Below are positions 42,169 to 57,261 of a stretch of DNA of 64,000 bases, one piece after another. Location of the stretch: assembly GCA_951406725.2 (NCBI GenBank), contig OX597826.1, forward strand, positions 13,764,001 through 13,828,000, given 5' to 3'. Positions within the stretch are counted from its first letter, which is position 1. Every line of letters begins with the position of its first letter. The position numbers and the translations under genes are program-made. Source of the DNA: Octopus vulgaris (Eukaryota). The notes below the pieces were generated by a model. That model was not told where the DNA came from and made no database searches. It saw only the letters and a program-made list of their open reading frames with translations.

Positions 42169-42206
<38 letters not shown>

Positions 42207-42213
<7 letters not shown>

Positions 42214-42592
42214 CAGCACTCCGTCGGTTACGACGACGAGGTTCCAGTTGATCCGAATCAACAGAACAGCCTGCTCGTGAAATTAACGTGTAAGTGGCTG
42301 AGCACTCCACAGACACGTGTACCCTTAACGTAGTTCTCGGGGATATTCAGCGTGACACAGAGAGTGACAGGGCCGGCCCCTTGAAATACAGGTACAGCAG
42401 AAACAGGAAGTAAGAGTGAGAGAAAGTTGTGGTGAAAGAGTACAGCAGTGATCACCACCATCCCCTGCCGGAGCCTCGTGGAGCTTTAGGTGTTTTCGCT
42501 CAATAAACACTCACAATGCCCGGTCTGGGAATCAAAACCGCGATCCTATGACCGCGTGTCCGCTGCCCTAACCACTGGGCCATTGCGCCTCC
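42207..42592 (-). mobile_element. tRNA-derived SINE (copy 1 of 3)
   Basis: Minus head GGAGGCGCAATGGCCCAGTGGTTAGGGC. Confidence 0.85.
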
Positions 42593-42602
42593 ATATATAT
42601 AC

Positions 42603-42658
<56 letters not shown>

Positions 42659-43355
42659 GTATATATAGATACATGTATATATATGTGTGTGTATGTGTGT
42701 GTGTATAAATATGTATATATATATATATATATTAGTGTGCATGTGCGTGTGCGTGCGGGTGGGCATGTGTGTATGTGAGTACACACAGACACACTCACGC
42801 ACCCGCATCCACTCACAAACACTTACACCCACGTATTTTTCTAAACTGGCACACTATCGGTTACGACGTTCAGGATTCCACTTGATACGTTCAACGGAAT
42901 AGCTTCCTCTTCAAAATAATATGCAAGAGGCAGAGCTCTCCATAGACACGTGGAATCTTCACGTAATTCTCAGAGAGATTCAGCGTGAAACAGAGTGTGA
43001 CTAGGCTGGCTCTTCGAAATATAGTTACAACTCATTTTTCTCAGCCAAGTGAAGTGAAGCAATGTCAAAGCAAGTGTCTTATCAAGGTCACAACGCGCCG
43101 CCGGGAATCGAACTCACAACTGTACGATCGTTAACCGTATACTCAAATCACAAATCTCACACCTTCACGCATATACATATACATATAGCTGTATAAACTG
43201 ACATAAGTACACGAGAATGAATCAGAAAATATTGCCGTTTATATTTGCATTAGTTTTTGACTCAGCTTTGAATAAAAGATGACGAGTCAATAACTAATTT
43301 CGATCAACTTTCTGCTTCAGCCTCGTTTATATTGTGTGTGTGTGTGGGTGCGTAT

Positions 43356-43421
<66 letters not shown>

Positions 43422-43430
43422 GTGTGTGTT

Positions 43431-43515
<85 letters not shown>

Positions 43516-43839
43516 ACAATAGAAATACGTATATATATGGTTATACATGTGTGTTTTACCCCGAAAAATAAGTCCTGAATTCGATTTATTCAATTAAAAA
43601 ACCCTTCAATAACAGAAGCCTTGAAATTACTGAAACAAGTAAAAGGTATAAAGTATATATACATACATACATACATACATACATACATACATACATGCAT
43701 ACATACATACATACATACATACATACATACATACATACATACATACATACATACATGCATACATACATACATACATACATACATACATACAAACGAGGAC
43801 TTTCATTCATACATGTATATATATATCTATTCGTTCCAG

Positions 43840-43947
43840 CAATGGGTCTCAAGGTGGTGATTGGAATCAGACTTCTACTTTAGAAATGGAAATGACAACG
43901 AAGGTATCAGGCAACGAAGACCCCGTTACGACCAACGGAACAAACAG
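43840..43947 (+). CDS. Repeat exon R5
   Basis: 108 nt, AG/GT; ...KVSGNEDPVTTNGTN. Confidence 0.82.
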
Positions 43948-44392
43948 GTAATGTTAACCAGAGTAAAGTTAACCATAGTGACATTACATTAATTTAATGA
44001 GACTTGGTCGTCATAATCTTGTTCAATAAAAATACAAGGGTGTGTCAGGTTTAAACATCCATTTCAATGAAATCAGGCAATTTCTTTTTCAAAATCTGAC
44101 TGAATTGTGTGTCTCATCTTTAACTATGATGCTAGAACTAATAGATTTATGAATCTTATGTCAAAACTTTCAACATGTGCTCCGTCTGTATCAATACAAA
44201 TTTCAAATCTATCGTTAGCGTTGCTATGTATATACGCACATGTAGATTATACACAAATATGATCTATTATATATATACATATATATATATATATATGGGG
44301 TATATTTGCCATCTCAATATGGCTAACAACTAAGGGTGTAAGTTACTGTAGCTTTTTAGCCCCAGGAGAACATCGTCTCCTGCTGGCTTTAG

Positions 44393-44440
44393 GCACACTT
44401 TCTGATGACAGGTCAATACTTAGAAACTGCAGTCCGTGCG
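44393..44440 (+). ncRNA. Hammerhead-like motif in a short (AT)n-flanked repeat (copy 1)
   Basis: CTGATGA-CAGGTCAATACTTA-GAAAC-TGCA-GTC; stem I imperfect. Confidence 0.5.
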
Positions 44441-44587
44441 TATCACTTAGGTTGACGAGGGAAGGATGACCTCCCTTTGCAAATACCTTAAGGGCACAGA
44501 AAAAGATATATATATATGTGTGTGTGTGTGTGTGTATGTATATATATATATATACATACATGTATATATATATATATATGGGGGGTG

Positions 44588-44622
<35 letters not shown>

Positions 44623-44625
<3 letters not shown>

Positions 44626-46740
44626 AGAAAATAGTAAAAAGTGAAAAAACTACTGAAGGCTTGTTTTAAAAGGTTAAAAAATATATTTGAGTCATTATGT
44701 CAGAAGAATGTTATAAAATTTTTGCATACAGTGACATAGTTTTTGAAGAAATTACCGGTTTCGTGTTAACTTTTCAAATTTCTCAAAACATCGTGTTATG
44801 TCTTCGTTATGAAGTGTAAAGAAGAGTTCCAGGTAAGGGGAGGTAATAAGTGATTTCTTCCGGTGTAAGGGAGGTAATCGCTTTATATTTCTTCTCACTT
44901 TTATTTAATGGGGTGAGTTTCTCTGTATAAGAATGTTAGAGTAGTTAAGTTTGGGCTTATATTTTTCAATGAAGAATGTTTCCTTGTTTAGTCTAATTTG
45001 TGTTGGTGTTCCAATAGCACATTGATAAAATGGAAAGATTAAAAATTGTGGTAGTAGTTGCTTTGCGCATTTCTCAATATGCTCACTAAAGGGTATCATT
45101 CTGTATTCTGGGAATGCAATCTGTTGTCGATGCAGTGTGCATCTACGTCTGAGTGATAGTCCCGTGGACCCCACGTAGTTTTGGTGGCAGCCCGAGCATC
45201 TTATGACATAAATTATGTTTTCAGAAGCACAAGTAAAATTAGATTTGATCTTGAATTTTTGTCCCTCTTTGAAGAGGAATTCTGATCCTTCTAGAAGGTT
45301 GGGCATGTTGCGCAGTTTGGTCTACCACATTTTTTTACTTTTGCATCAATAATTTCAGAAAACAATTTTGCCTTTGTGAGAATCTTTTTCAGTGATTTAG
45401 GTTGTTTGTAGCTTTTAATGATTTTATGTATGTTTAGAATTTCCTTTAATTTGGGGTCCTTATGAAGTATTGGTAAATTCTGGGTGATGATGGTGAAGGC
45501 TTCTTTGTTTCTGGGATTGTATGTGGTTATGTAAGGCAGTATTTTCGGGGAAGGTGTGTTGTTGTGTTGAACTTTTCTCAAAGTTTCTATGTCAATTTCT
45601 GTTGCACGTCTGATCCCATCCTCTATGAGTTGAGCTGGGTAGCGTCTGTCAATTAGGGTGTTTTTGAGTTCTTGTAGTCTAAAGTTCCTGGTATTTTGTT
45701 CTGACACTATTGTGCATATCCTTCTTGCAAGGTTGGAGGGGATGTTTGTTTTAGTGTGTCTTGGGTGGCATGAATCAAAAAGTAGGTATTGTTTAGCCTC
45801 TGTGGCTTTGTAAAAAATGTCTGTTTCTATTTTAAGGTTAATTTTTTTAATTAGTATATCTAAGAATGGAAACTCCTTTTGGTTGTATTCCATTGTGAAC
45901 TGTATATTTGGGTTGATGCTGTTCAATAGGTTTTTGAATTTTAGGAGTTTATCTGCGTTTTCATTCCAGAGTATAAAACAATCTTCCAGGAATCGTTTCC
46001 AATTCTCTTTTATGTATTGAGAGAGGGGGTTTCCAAAGGTCGATAAAGATTCCTGCTAAACAATTATTTCCAGGTAGCCCATTGTTAGGTTCGCAATGAC
46101 TGGTGCTGCCCTTGTACCCATAGCAATTCCGGATTTTTTACGGTAAAATGTATTGTCAAACATGAAGTGGTTATTATGTAGGATGAATTCAACCGATTTA
46201 GTAATGAATTGTTTACTGATCCTTTTTGGTATTTCTTCCGGAAATTGGTCCAGCTAGAACTGTATTGCCTCTAGTCCATAATTATGAGGTATACTGGTAT
46301 ATAAATTAACTACATCAAATGAAACCATGATTGTTTCTTCCTTGACCTTTTTTGGAAGGTGGTTTAACAGATCGAAGTCATCTCTGATATGACTATCGAT
46401 ATGTTTAAGGAAGGGTTTCAGGAGGATGTCCATAAATAGACTTAATCTGTGTGTTTCACAGGTTGGGCCAGCTACAATGGGTCGTAGTTTTAGGTCCCCC
46501 GGGTTAGGTGTGTGTATGTCTTTGGTGATTTTTTAATGGTTTCATTTATAATTTGGCTTTTATGTATTTTTGGCAGACCATAGAAAAGGCTAGGTTTGCT
46601 TTTAAAGATTGTTAGAAAGTCAATCTCTTTGGTTGTTAGTTCCTTTCCATGGGTTTTAATTAGTGAAGATAGAGTTTTCATTTTTTTTGCGGGGTGTAGT
46701 TGGTGATTTTTTCATAATGTTGATTGTCATCAAGCAATCA
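44623..46740 (-). mobile_element. 5'-truncated Penelope-like element (RT + GIY-YIG endonuclease), copy 1
   Basis: FYGLPKIHK, GIAMGTRAAP, WKRFLEDCF, IQFTME..FPFLDI, SCHPRHTK, NIIYVIRCSGCHQNYVGSTG..LRRR..LH; stops and frameshifts. Confidence 0.93.
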
Positions 46741-47450
46741 ACATTGCTGAAATACGTAAAAGGTATAAGTTATATATGCATTCAGATAGACATACATACA
46801 TGCATACATACATACATGCATACATACATACATACATACATACATACATACATACATACATGCATGCATACATACATACATACATACATACATACATACA
46901 TACATACATGCATACATACATACATACATGCATACATACATACATACATACATACATACATTCATATATACATACATACATACATTCATACATACACACA
47001 CATACATGCATACATACATACATACATACATACATACATAGACACACATACATGCATACGTACATATATACATACATACATACATACATTCATACATACA
47101 TACATACATACATACATACATACATACATACATACATACATGCATGCATGCATGCATACATACATACATACATACATACATACATACATACATACATACA
47201 TACATACATACATGCATACATACATACATTCATACATACATACATACATACATTCATACATACATTCATACACATACATACATACATACATACACACATA
47301 CATACATACATACATACATACATACATACATACATACATACATACATACATACATGCATGCATACATGCATGCATACATGCATATATACATACATACATA
47401 CAAACGAGGACTTTCATTCATACATGTATATATATATCTATTCGTTCCAG

Positions 47451-47558
47451 CAATGGTTCTCAAGGTGGTGATTGGAATCAGACTTCTACTTTAGAAATGG
47501 AAATGACAACGAAGGTATCAGGCAACGAAGACCCCGTTACGACCACCGGAACAAACAG
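47451..47558 (+). CDS. Repeat exon R6
   Basis: 108 nt, AG/GT; same peptide as R4. Confidence 0.82.
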
Positions 47559-47878
47559 GTAATGTTAACCAGAGTAAAGTTAACCATAGTGACATTACAT
47601 TAATTTAATGAGACTTGGTCGTCATAATCTTGTCCAATTAAAATTCGAGGGTGTGTCAGATTTAAAGATCCATTTCAATGAAATCAGGCAATTTCTTTTT
47701 CAAAATCTGACTGAATCGTGTGTCTCATATTTAACTATGATATTAAAACTAATAGATTTATAAATCTTACGTCCAAACTTTCAAAATATGCTCCGTCTGT
47801 ATCACTGCAAATTTCAAATCTACCGTTAGCATTGCTATGTATATACGCACATGTAGATTATACACAAATATGATCTAT

Positions 47879-48023
<145 letters not shown>

Positions 48024-48039
48024 GATATATATATATATT

Positions 48040-48616
48040 GGCAAAATTGGCATCCTTTCTGTCTCGGGAGACAATGGAGTTACGCATGAAGTAGTCTAGT
48101 CCGGCTTTTATATTTCATGTCCTGATACATTTCCTGCTGTGGCTGTGTAGTCCTCTCCTGGACAAACACTCCCTCTGGCAGGTACCGCAAATGTAGCGAA
48201 GACTGTTCCTGGCTGGTTGTAGTGCCATAGTCTCTTGTTTACGTCTCTTCCAAATCCTCCACATCAAATGGCAGAATCATATCCCCAACTAAGATGTCCT
48301 CAGGCAAGCAGGAATACCAAGCATGTTTGCACTCCTCACACAAAGACGTATGAGATGGCTTGGGCATGTTAGCCGTATGAAAGATGGCAGAATCCCCAAG
48401 GACATACTCTACGGAGAGCTTGCTAGGGGTACTAGGTCTGTGGGTAGACCGATCTTACGTTACAAGGATGTTTGCAAAAGGGATATGAAGGCCTGCAACA
48501 TCAATATTAGCGGTTGGGAGGCAGTTGCCGGCAACCGTGGAGAATGGCGACGTACAGTAATAGAGGGAATACAAAAGAGTGACAGAGAGAGAGAGGAGAA
48601 ATGGAAAGAAAGGAAG
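48040..48616 (+). mobile_element. RTE LINE 3' fragment (copy 2)
   Basis: Near-identical to 41603-42168. Confidence 0.85.
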
Positions 48617-48639
<23 letters not shown>

Positions 48640-48647
<8 letters not shown>

Positions 48648-49026
48648 CAGCACTCCGTCGGTTACGACGACGAGGTTCCAGTTGATCCGAATCAACAGAA
48701 CAGCTTGCTCGTGAAATTAACGTGTAAGTGGCTGAGCACTCCACAGACACGTGTACCCTTAACGTAGTTCTCGGGGATATTCAGCGTGACACAGAGAGTG
48801 ACAGGGCCGGCCCCTTGAAATACAGGTACAACAGAAACAGGAAGTAAGAGTGAGAGAAAGTTGTGGTGAAAGAGTACAGCAGTGATCACCACCATCCCCT
48901 GCCGGAGCCTCGTGGAGCTTTAGGTGTTTTCGCTCAATAAACACTCACAATGCCCGGTCTGGGAATCAAAACCGCGATCCTATGACCGCGAGTCCGCTGC
49001 CCTAAACACTGGGACATTGCGCCTCC
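48640..49026 (-). mobile_element. tRNA-derived SINE (copy 2)
   Basis: Near-identical to 42207-42592. Confidence 0.85.
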
Positions 49027-49095
<69 letters not shown>

Positions 49096-49154
49096 TATGT
49101 ATATGTATATATAGATACATGTATATATATGTGTGTGTATGTGTGTGTGTATAA

Positions 49155-49203
<49 letters not shown>

Positions 49204-49832
49204 TGTGAATGTGAGTGTGCGTGCGGGTGGGCTTGTGTGTATGTGAGTACACACAGACACACTCACGCACCCGCATCCCTACACACTTACACCCACGTAT
49301 TTTTCTAAACTGGCACACTATCGGTTACGACGTTCAGGATTCCACTTGATACGTTCAACGGAATAGCTTCCTCTTCAAAATAATATGCAAGAGGCAGAGC
49401 TCTCCATAGACACGTGGAATCTTCACGTAATTCTCAGAGAGATTCAGCGTGAAACAGAGTGAGACAAGGCTGGCTCTTCGAAATATAGTTACAACTCATT
49501 TTTCTCAGCCAAGTGAAGTGAAGCAATGTCAAAGCAAGTGTCTTATCAAGGTCACAACGCGCCGCCGGGAATCGAACTCACAACTGTACGATCGTTAACC
49601 GTATACTCAAATCACAAATCTCACACCTTCACGCATATACATATACATATAGCTGTATAAATTGACATAAGTACACGAGAATAAATAAGAAAATATTGAC
49701 GTTTATATTTGCATCAGGTTTTGACTCAGCTTTGAATAAAAGATGACGAGTCAATAACTAATTTCGATCTTCTTTCTGCTTCAGCCTCCTTTATATTGTG
49801 TGTGTGTGTGTGTGCGTATGTGTGTTTGTGTG

Positions 49833-49981
<149 letters not shown>

Positions 49982-50585
49982 ACAATAGAAATACGTATAT
50001 ATATGGTTATACATGTGTGTTTTACCCCGAAAAATAAGTCCTGAATTCGATTTATTCAATTAAAAAACCCTTCAATAACAGAAGCCTTGAAATTACTGAA
50101 ACAAGTAAAAGGTATAAAGTATATATGCATACATACATACATACATACATACATACATACATACATACATACATACATACATACATACATACATACATAC
50201 ATACATACATACATACATACATACATACATACATACATGCATGCATACATGCATACATACATACATACATACATACATACATACATACATACATACATAC
50301 ATACATACATGCATGCATACATGCATACATACATACATACATACATACATACATACATACATACATACATACATACATGCATGCATACATGCATACATAC
50401 ATACATACATACATACATACATACATACATACATACATACATACATGCATACATACATACATACATACATACATACATACATACATACATACATGCATGC
50501 ATGCATACATGCATACATACATACATACATACATACAAACGAGGACTTTCATTCATACATGTATATATATATCTATTCGTTCCAG

Positions 50586-50693
50586 CAATGGGTCTCAAGG
50601 TGGTGATTGGAATCAGACTTCTACTTTGGAAATGGAAAGGACAACGAAGGTATCAGGCAACGAAGACCCCGTTACGACCACCGGAACAAACAG
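50586..50693 (+). CDS. Repeat exon R7
   Basis: 108 nt, AG/GT; SNGSQGGDWNQTSTLEMERTTKVSGNEDPVTTTGTN. Confidence 0.82.
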
Positions 50694-51138
50694 GTAATGT
50701 TAACCAGAGTAAAGTTAACCATAGTGACATTACATTAATTTAATGAGACTTGGTCGTCATAATCTTGTTCAATAAAAATACAAGGGTGTGTCAGGTTTAA
50801 ACATCCATTTCAATGAAATCAGGCAATTACTTTTTCAAAATCTGACTGAATCGTGTGTCTCATCTTTAACTATGATGCTAGAACTAATAGATTTATGAAT
50901 CTTATGTCAAAACTTTCAACATGTGCTCCGTCTGTATCAATACAAATTTCAAATCTATCGTTAGCGTTGCTATGTATATACGCACATGTAGATTATACAC
51001 AAATATGATCTATTATATATATACATATATATATATATATATGGGGTATATTTGCCATCTCAATATGGCTAACAACTAAGGGTGTAAGTTACTGTAGCTT
51101 TTTAGCCCCAGGAGAACATCGTCTCCTGCTGGCTTTAG

Positions 51139-51186
51139 GCACACTTTCTGATGACAGGTCAATACCTAGAAACTGCAGTCCGTGCG
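51139..51186 (+). ncRNA. Hammerhead-like motif (copy 2)
   Basis: CTGATGA-C-AGGT(CAAT)ACCT-A-GAAAC-TGCA-GTC; stem II AGGT/ACCT intact in this copy. Confidence 0.55.
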
Positions 51187-51251
51187 TATCACTTAGGTTG
51201 ACGAGGGAAGGATGACCTCCCTTTGCAAATACCTTAAGGGCACGGAAAAAG

Positions 51252-51322
<71 letters not shown>

Positions 51323-51357
51323 GATACATACATGTATATATATATATATATGGGGGG

Positions 51358-51399
<42 letters not shown>

Positions 51400-51401
<2 letters not shown>

Positions 51402-53516
51402 AGAAAATAGTAAAAAGTGAAAAAACTACTGAAGGCTTGTTTTAAAAGGTTAAAAAATATATTTGAGTCATTAAGTCAGAAGAATGTTATAAAATTTTTG
51501 CATACAGTGACATAGTTTTTGAAGAAATTACCGGTTTCGTGTTAACTTTTCAAATTTCTCAAAACATCGTGTTATGTCTTCGTTATGAAGTGTAAAGAAG
51601 AGTTCCAGGTAAGGGGAGGTAATAAGTGATTTCTTCCGGTGTAAGGGAGGTAATCGCTTTATATTTCTTCTCACTTTTATTTAATGGGGTGAGTTTCTCT
51701 GTATAAGAATGTTAGAGTGGTTAAGTTTGGGCTTATATTTTTCAATGAAGAACGTTTCCTTGTTTAGTCTAATTTGTGTTGGTGTTCCAATAGCACATTG
51801 ATAAAATGGAAAGATTAAAAATTGTGGTAGTAGTTGCTTTGCGCATTTCTCAATATGCTCACTAAAGGGTATCATTCTGTATTCTGGGAATGCAATCTGT
51901 TGTCGATGCAGTGTGCATCTACGTCTGAGTGATAGTCCCGTGGACCCCACGTAGTTTTGGTGGCAGCCCGAGCATCTTATGACATAAATTATGTTTTCAG
52001 AAGCACAAGTAAAATTAGATTTGATCTTGAATTTTTGTCCCTCTTTGAAGAGGAATTCTGATCCTTCTAGAAGGTTGGGCATGTTGCGCAGTTTGGTCTA
52101 CCATATTTTTTTACTTTTGCATCCGTAATTTCAGAAAACAATTTTGCCTTTGTGAGAATCTTTTTCAGTGATTTAGGTTGTTTGTAGCTTTTAATGATTT
52201 TATGTATGTTTAGAATTTCCTTTAATTTGGGGTCCTTATGAAGTATTGGTAAATTCTGGGTGATGATGGTGAAGGCTTCTTTGTTTCTGGGATTGTATGT
52301 GGTTATGTAAGGCAGTATTTTCGGGGAAGGTGTGTTGTTGTGTTGAACTTTTCTCAAAGTTTCTATGTCGATTTCTGTTGCACGTCTGATCCCATCCTCT
52401 ATGAGTTGAGCTGGGTAGTGTCTGTCAATTAGGGTGTTTTTGAGTTCTTGTAGTCTAAAGTTCCTGGTATTTTGTTCTGACACTATTGTGCATATCCTTC
52501 TTGCAAGGTTGGAGGGGATGTTTGTTTTAGTGTGTCTTGGGTGGCATGAATCAAAAAGTAGGTATTGTTTAGCCTCTGTGGCTTTGTAAAAAATGTCTGT
52601 TTCTATTTTAAGGTTAATTTTTTTAATTAGTATATCTAAGAATGGAAACTCCTTTTGGTTGTATTCCATTGTGAACTGTATATTTGGGTTGATGCTGTTC
52701 AATAGGTTTTTGAATTTTAGGAGTTTATCTGCGTTTTCATTCCAGAGTATAAAACAATCTTCCAGGAATCGTTTCCAATTCTCTTTTATGTATTGAGAGA
52801 GGGGGTTTCCAAAGGTCGATAAAGATTCCTGCTAAACAATTATTTCCAGGTAGCCCATTGTTAGGTTCGCAATGACTGGTGCTGCCCTTGTACCCATAGC
52901 AATTCCGGATTTTTTACGGTAAAATGTATTGTCAAACATGAAGTGGTTATTATGTAGGATGAATTCAACCGATTTAGTAATGAATTCTTTACTGATCCTT
53001 TTGGTATTTCTTCCGGAAATTGGTCCAGCCAGAACTGTATTGCCTCTAGTCCATAATTATGAGGTATACTGGTATATAAATTAACTACATCAAATGAAAC
53101 CATGATTGTTTCTTCCTTGACCTTTTTTGGAAGGTGGTTTAACAGATCGAAGTCATCTCAGATATGACTATCGATATGTTTAAGGAAGGGTTTCAGGAGG
53201 ATGTCCATAAATAGACTTAATCTGTGTGTTTCACAGGTTGGGCCAGCTACAATGGGTCGTAGTTTTAGGTCCCCCGGGTTAGGTGTGTGTATGTTTTTGG
53301 TCATTTTTTAATGGTTTCATTTATAATTTGGCTTTTATGTATTTTTGGCAGACCATAGAAGAGGCTAGGCTTGCTTTTAAAGATTGTTAGAAAGTCAATC
53401 TCTTTGGTTGTTAGTTCCTTTCCATGGGTTTTAATTAGTGAAGATAGAGTTTTCATTTTTTTTTGCGGGGTGTAGTTGGTGATTTTTTCATAATGTTGAT
53501 TGTCATCAAGCAATCA
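51400..53516 (-). mobile_element. 5'-truncated Penelope-like element, copy 2
   Basis: Near-identical to copy 1; VSFDVVNLYTSIP RT motif and GIY-YIG ORF at 51681-52082. Confidence 0.93.
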
Positions 53517-54258
53517 ACATTGCTGAAATACGTAAAAGGTATAAGTTATATATGCATTCAGATAGACATACATACATGCATACATACATACATGCATACA
53601 TACATACATACATACATACATACATACATACATACATGCATGCATGCATACATACATACATACATACATACATACATACATACATGCATACATACATACA
53701 TGCATACATACATACATACATACATACATACATACATTCATATATACATACATACATACATTCATACATACACACACATACATGCATACATACATACATA
53801 CATACATACATACATAGACACACATACATGCATACGTACATATATACATACATACATACATACATTCATACATACATACATACATACATACATACATACA
53901 TACATACATACATACATACATACATACATACATACATGCATGCATGCATGCATACATACATACATACATACATACATACATACATACATACACATACATA
54001 CATACATACATGCATACATACATACATTCATACATACATACATACATACATTCATACATACATTCATACACATACATACATACATACATACACACATACA
54101 TACAGACATACATACATACATACATACATACATACATACATACATACATACATACATACATGCATGCATACATGCATGCATACATGCATATATACATACA
54201 TACATACAAACGAGGACTTTCATTCATACATGTATATATATATATCTATTCGTTCCAG

Positions 54259-54367
54259 CAATGGTTCTCAAGGTGGTGATTGGAATCAGACTTCTACTTT
54301 AGAAATGGAAATGACAACGAAGGTATCAAACAACGACGACCCCGTTACGACCACCGGAAACAAACAG
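54259..54367 (+). CDS. Repeat exon R8 (109 nt, +1 A; frameshifted or sequencing error)
   Basis: GGAAACAAACAG instead of GGAACAAACAG; splice sites intact. Confidence 0.55.
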
Positions 54368-54658
54368 GTAATTTAACCATGAGTAAATTTAACCATGGTC
54401 GTCATAATCTTGTCCAATTAAAATACGAGGGTGTGCCAGATTTAAACATCCATTTCAATGAAATCAGGCAATTTCTTTTTCAAAATCTGACTGAATCGTG
54501 TGTCTCATATTTAACTATGATATTAAAACTAATAGATTTATAAATCTTACGTCCAAACTTTCAAAATATGCTCCGTCTGTATCACTACAAATTTCAAATC
54601 TATCGTTAGCATTGCTATGTATATACGCACATGTAGATTATACACAAATATGATCTAT

Positions 54659-54851
<193 letters not shown>

Positions 54852-54871
54852 AAAAGATATATATATATATT

Positions 54872-55446
54872 GGCAAAATTGGCATCCTTTCTGTCTCGGG
54901 AGACAATGGAGTTGCGCATGAAGTAGTCTAGTCCGGCTTTTATATTTCATGTCCTGATACATTTCCTGCTGTGGCTGTGTAGTCCTCTCCTGGACAAACA
55001 CTCCCTCTGGCAGGTACCGCAAATGTAGCGAAGACTGTTCCTGGCTGGTTGTAGTGACATAGTCTCTTGTTTACGTCTCTTCCAAATCCTCCACATCAAA
55101 TGGCAGAATCATATCCCCAACTAAGATGTCCTCAGGCAAGCAGGAATACCAAGCATGTTTGCACTCCTCACACAAAGACGTATGAGATGGCTTGGGCATG
55201 TTAGCCGTATGAAAGATGGCAGAATCCCCAAGGACATACTCTACGGAGAGCTTGCTAGGGGTACTAGGTCTGTGGGTAGACCGATCTTACGTTACAAGGA
55301 TGTTTGCAAAAGGGATATGAAGGCCTGCAACATCAATATTAGCGATTGGGAGGCAGTTGCCGGCAACCGTGGAGAATGGCGACGTACAGTAATAGAGGGA
55401 ATACAAAAGAGTGACAGAGAGAGAGAGGAGAAATGGAAAGAAAGGA

Positions 55447-55448
<2 letters not shown>
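54872..55448 (+). mobile_element. RTE LINE 3' fragment (copy 3)
   Basis: Near-identical to copies 1 and 2. Confidence 0.85.
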
Positions 55449-55493
<45 letters not shown>

Positions 55494-55494
55494 G

Positions 55495-55882
55495 AGAGAG
55501 ACAGCACTCCGTCGGTTACGACGACGAGGGTTCCAGTTGATCCGAATCAACAGAACAGCCTTGCTCGTGAAATTAAAGTGTAAGTGGCTGAGCACTCCAC
55601 AGACACGTGTACCCTTAACGTAGTTCTCGGGGATATTCAGCGTGACACAGAGAGTGACAAGGCCGGCCCCTTGAAATACAGGTACAACAGAAACAGGAAG
55701 TAAGAGTGAGAGAAAGTTGTGGTGAAAGAGTACGGTAGGGATCACCACCATCCCCTGCCGGAGCCTCGTGGAGCTTTAGGTGTTTTCGCTCAATAAACAC
55801 TCACAATGCCCGGTCTGGGAATCAAAACCGCGATCCTATGACCGCGAGTCCGCTGCCCTAAACACTGGGCCATTGCGCCTCC
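55495..55882 (-). mobile_element. tRNA-derived SINE (copy 3)
   Basis: Near-identical to copies 1 and 2. Confidence 0.85.
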
Positions 55883-55937
<55 letters not shown>

Positions 55938-55996
55938 TATGTATATGTATATATAGATACATGTATATATATGTGTGTGTATGTGTGTGTGTATAA

Positions 55997-56039
<43 letters not shown>

Positions 56040-56678
56040 TGTGCATGTGCGTGTGCGTGCGGGTGGGCATGTGTGTATGTGAGTACACACAGACACACTC
56101 ACGCACCCGCATCCACTCACAAACACTTACACCCACGTATTTTTCTAAACTGGCACACTATCGGTTACGACGTTCAGGATTCCACTTGATACGTTCAACG
56201 GAATAGCTTCCTCTTCAAAATAATATGCAAGAGGCAGAGCTCTCCATAGACACGTGGAATCTTCACGTAATTCTCAGAGAGATTCAGCGTGAAACAGAGT
56301 GAGACAAGGCTGGCTCTTCGAAATATAGTTACAACTCATTTTTCTCAGCCAAGTGAAGTGAAGCAATGTCAAAGCAAGTGTCTTATCAAGGTCACAACGC
56401 GCCGCCGGGAATCGAACTCACAACTGTACGATCGTTAACCGTATACTCAAATCACAAATCTCACACCTTCACGCATATACATATACATATAGCTGTATAA
56501 ACTGACATAAGTACACGAGAATGAATCAGAAAATAATGCCGTTTATATTAGCATCAGTTTTTGACTCAGCTTTGAATAAACGATGACGAGTCAATAACTA
56601 ATTTCGATCTACTTTCTGCTTCAGCCTCGTTTATATTGTGTGTGTGTGTGTGTGTGTGCGTATGTGTGTTTGTGTGTG

Positions 56679-56709
<31 letters not shown>

Positions 56710-57230
56710 ATGTGTGTGTGCGTGTGTGTTTGTGTTTGTATATGTGTGTGTGTGTGTGTATTTGTGTGTGTGTGTGTGTGTGTGTGTACACAATAGAAAT
56801 ACGTATATATATGGTTATACATGTGTGTTTTACCCCGAAAAATAAGTCCTGAATTCGATTTATTCAATTAAAAAAACCCTTCAATAACAGAAGCATTGAA
56901 ATTACTGAAACAAGTAAAAGGTATAAAGTATATATGCATACATACATACATACATACATACATACATACATACATACATACATACATACATGCATGCATA
57001 CATACATACATACATACATACATACATACATACATACATACATACATACATACATACATGCATGCATACATACATACATACATACATACATACATACATA
57101 CATACATACATACATACATGCATACATACATACATACATACATACATACATACATACATACATACATACATACATACATACATGCATGCATACATACATA
57201 CATACATACATACATACATACATACATACA

Positions 57231-57261
<31 letters not shown>

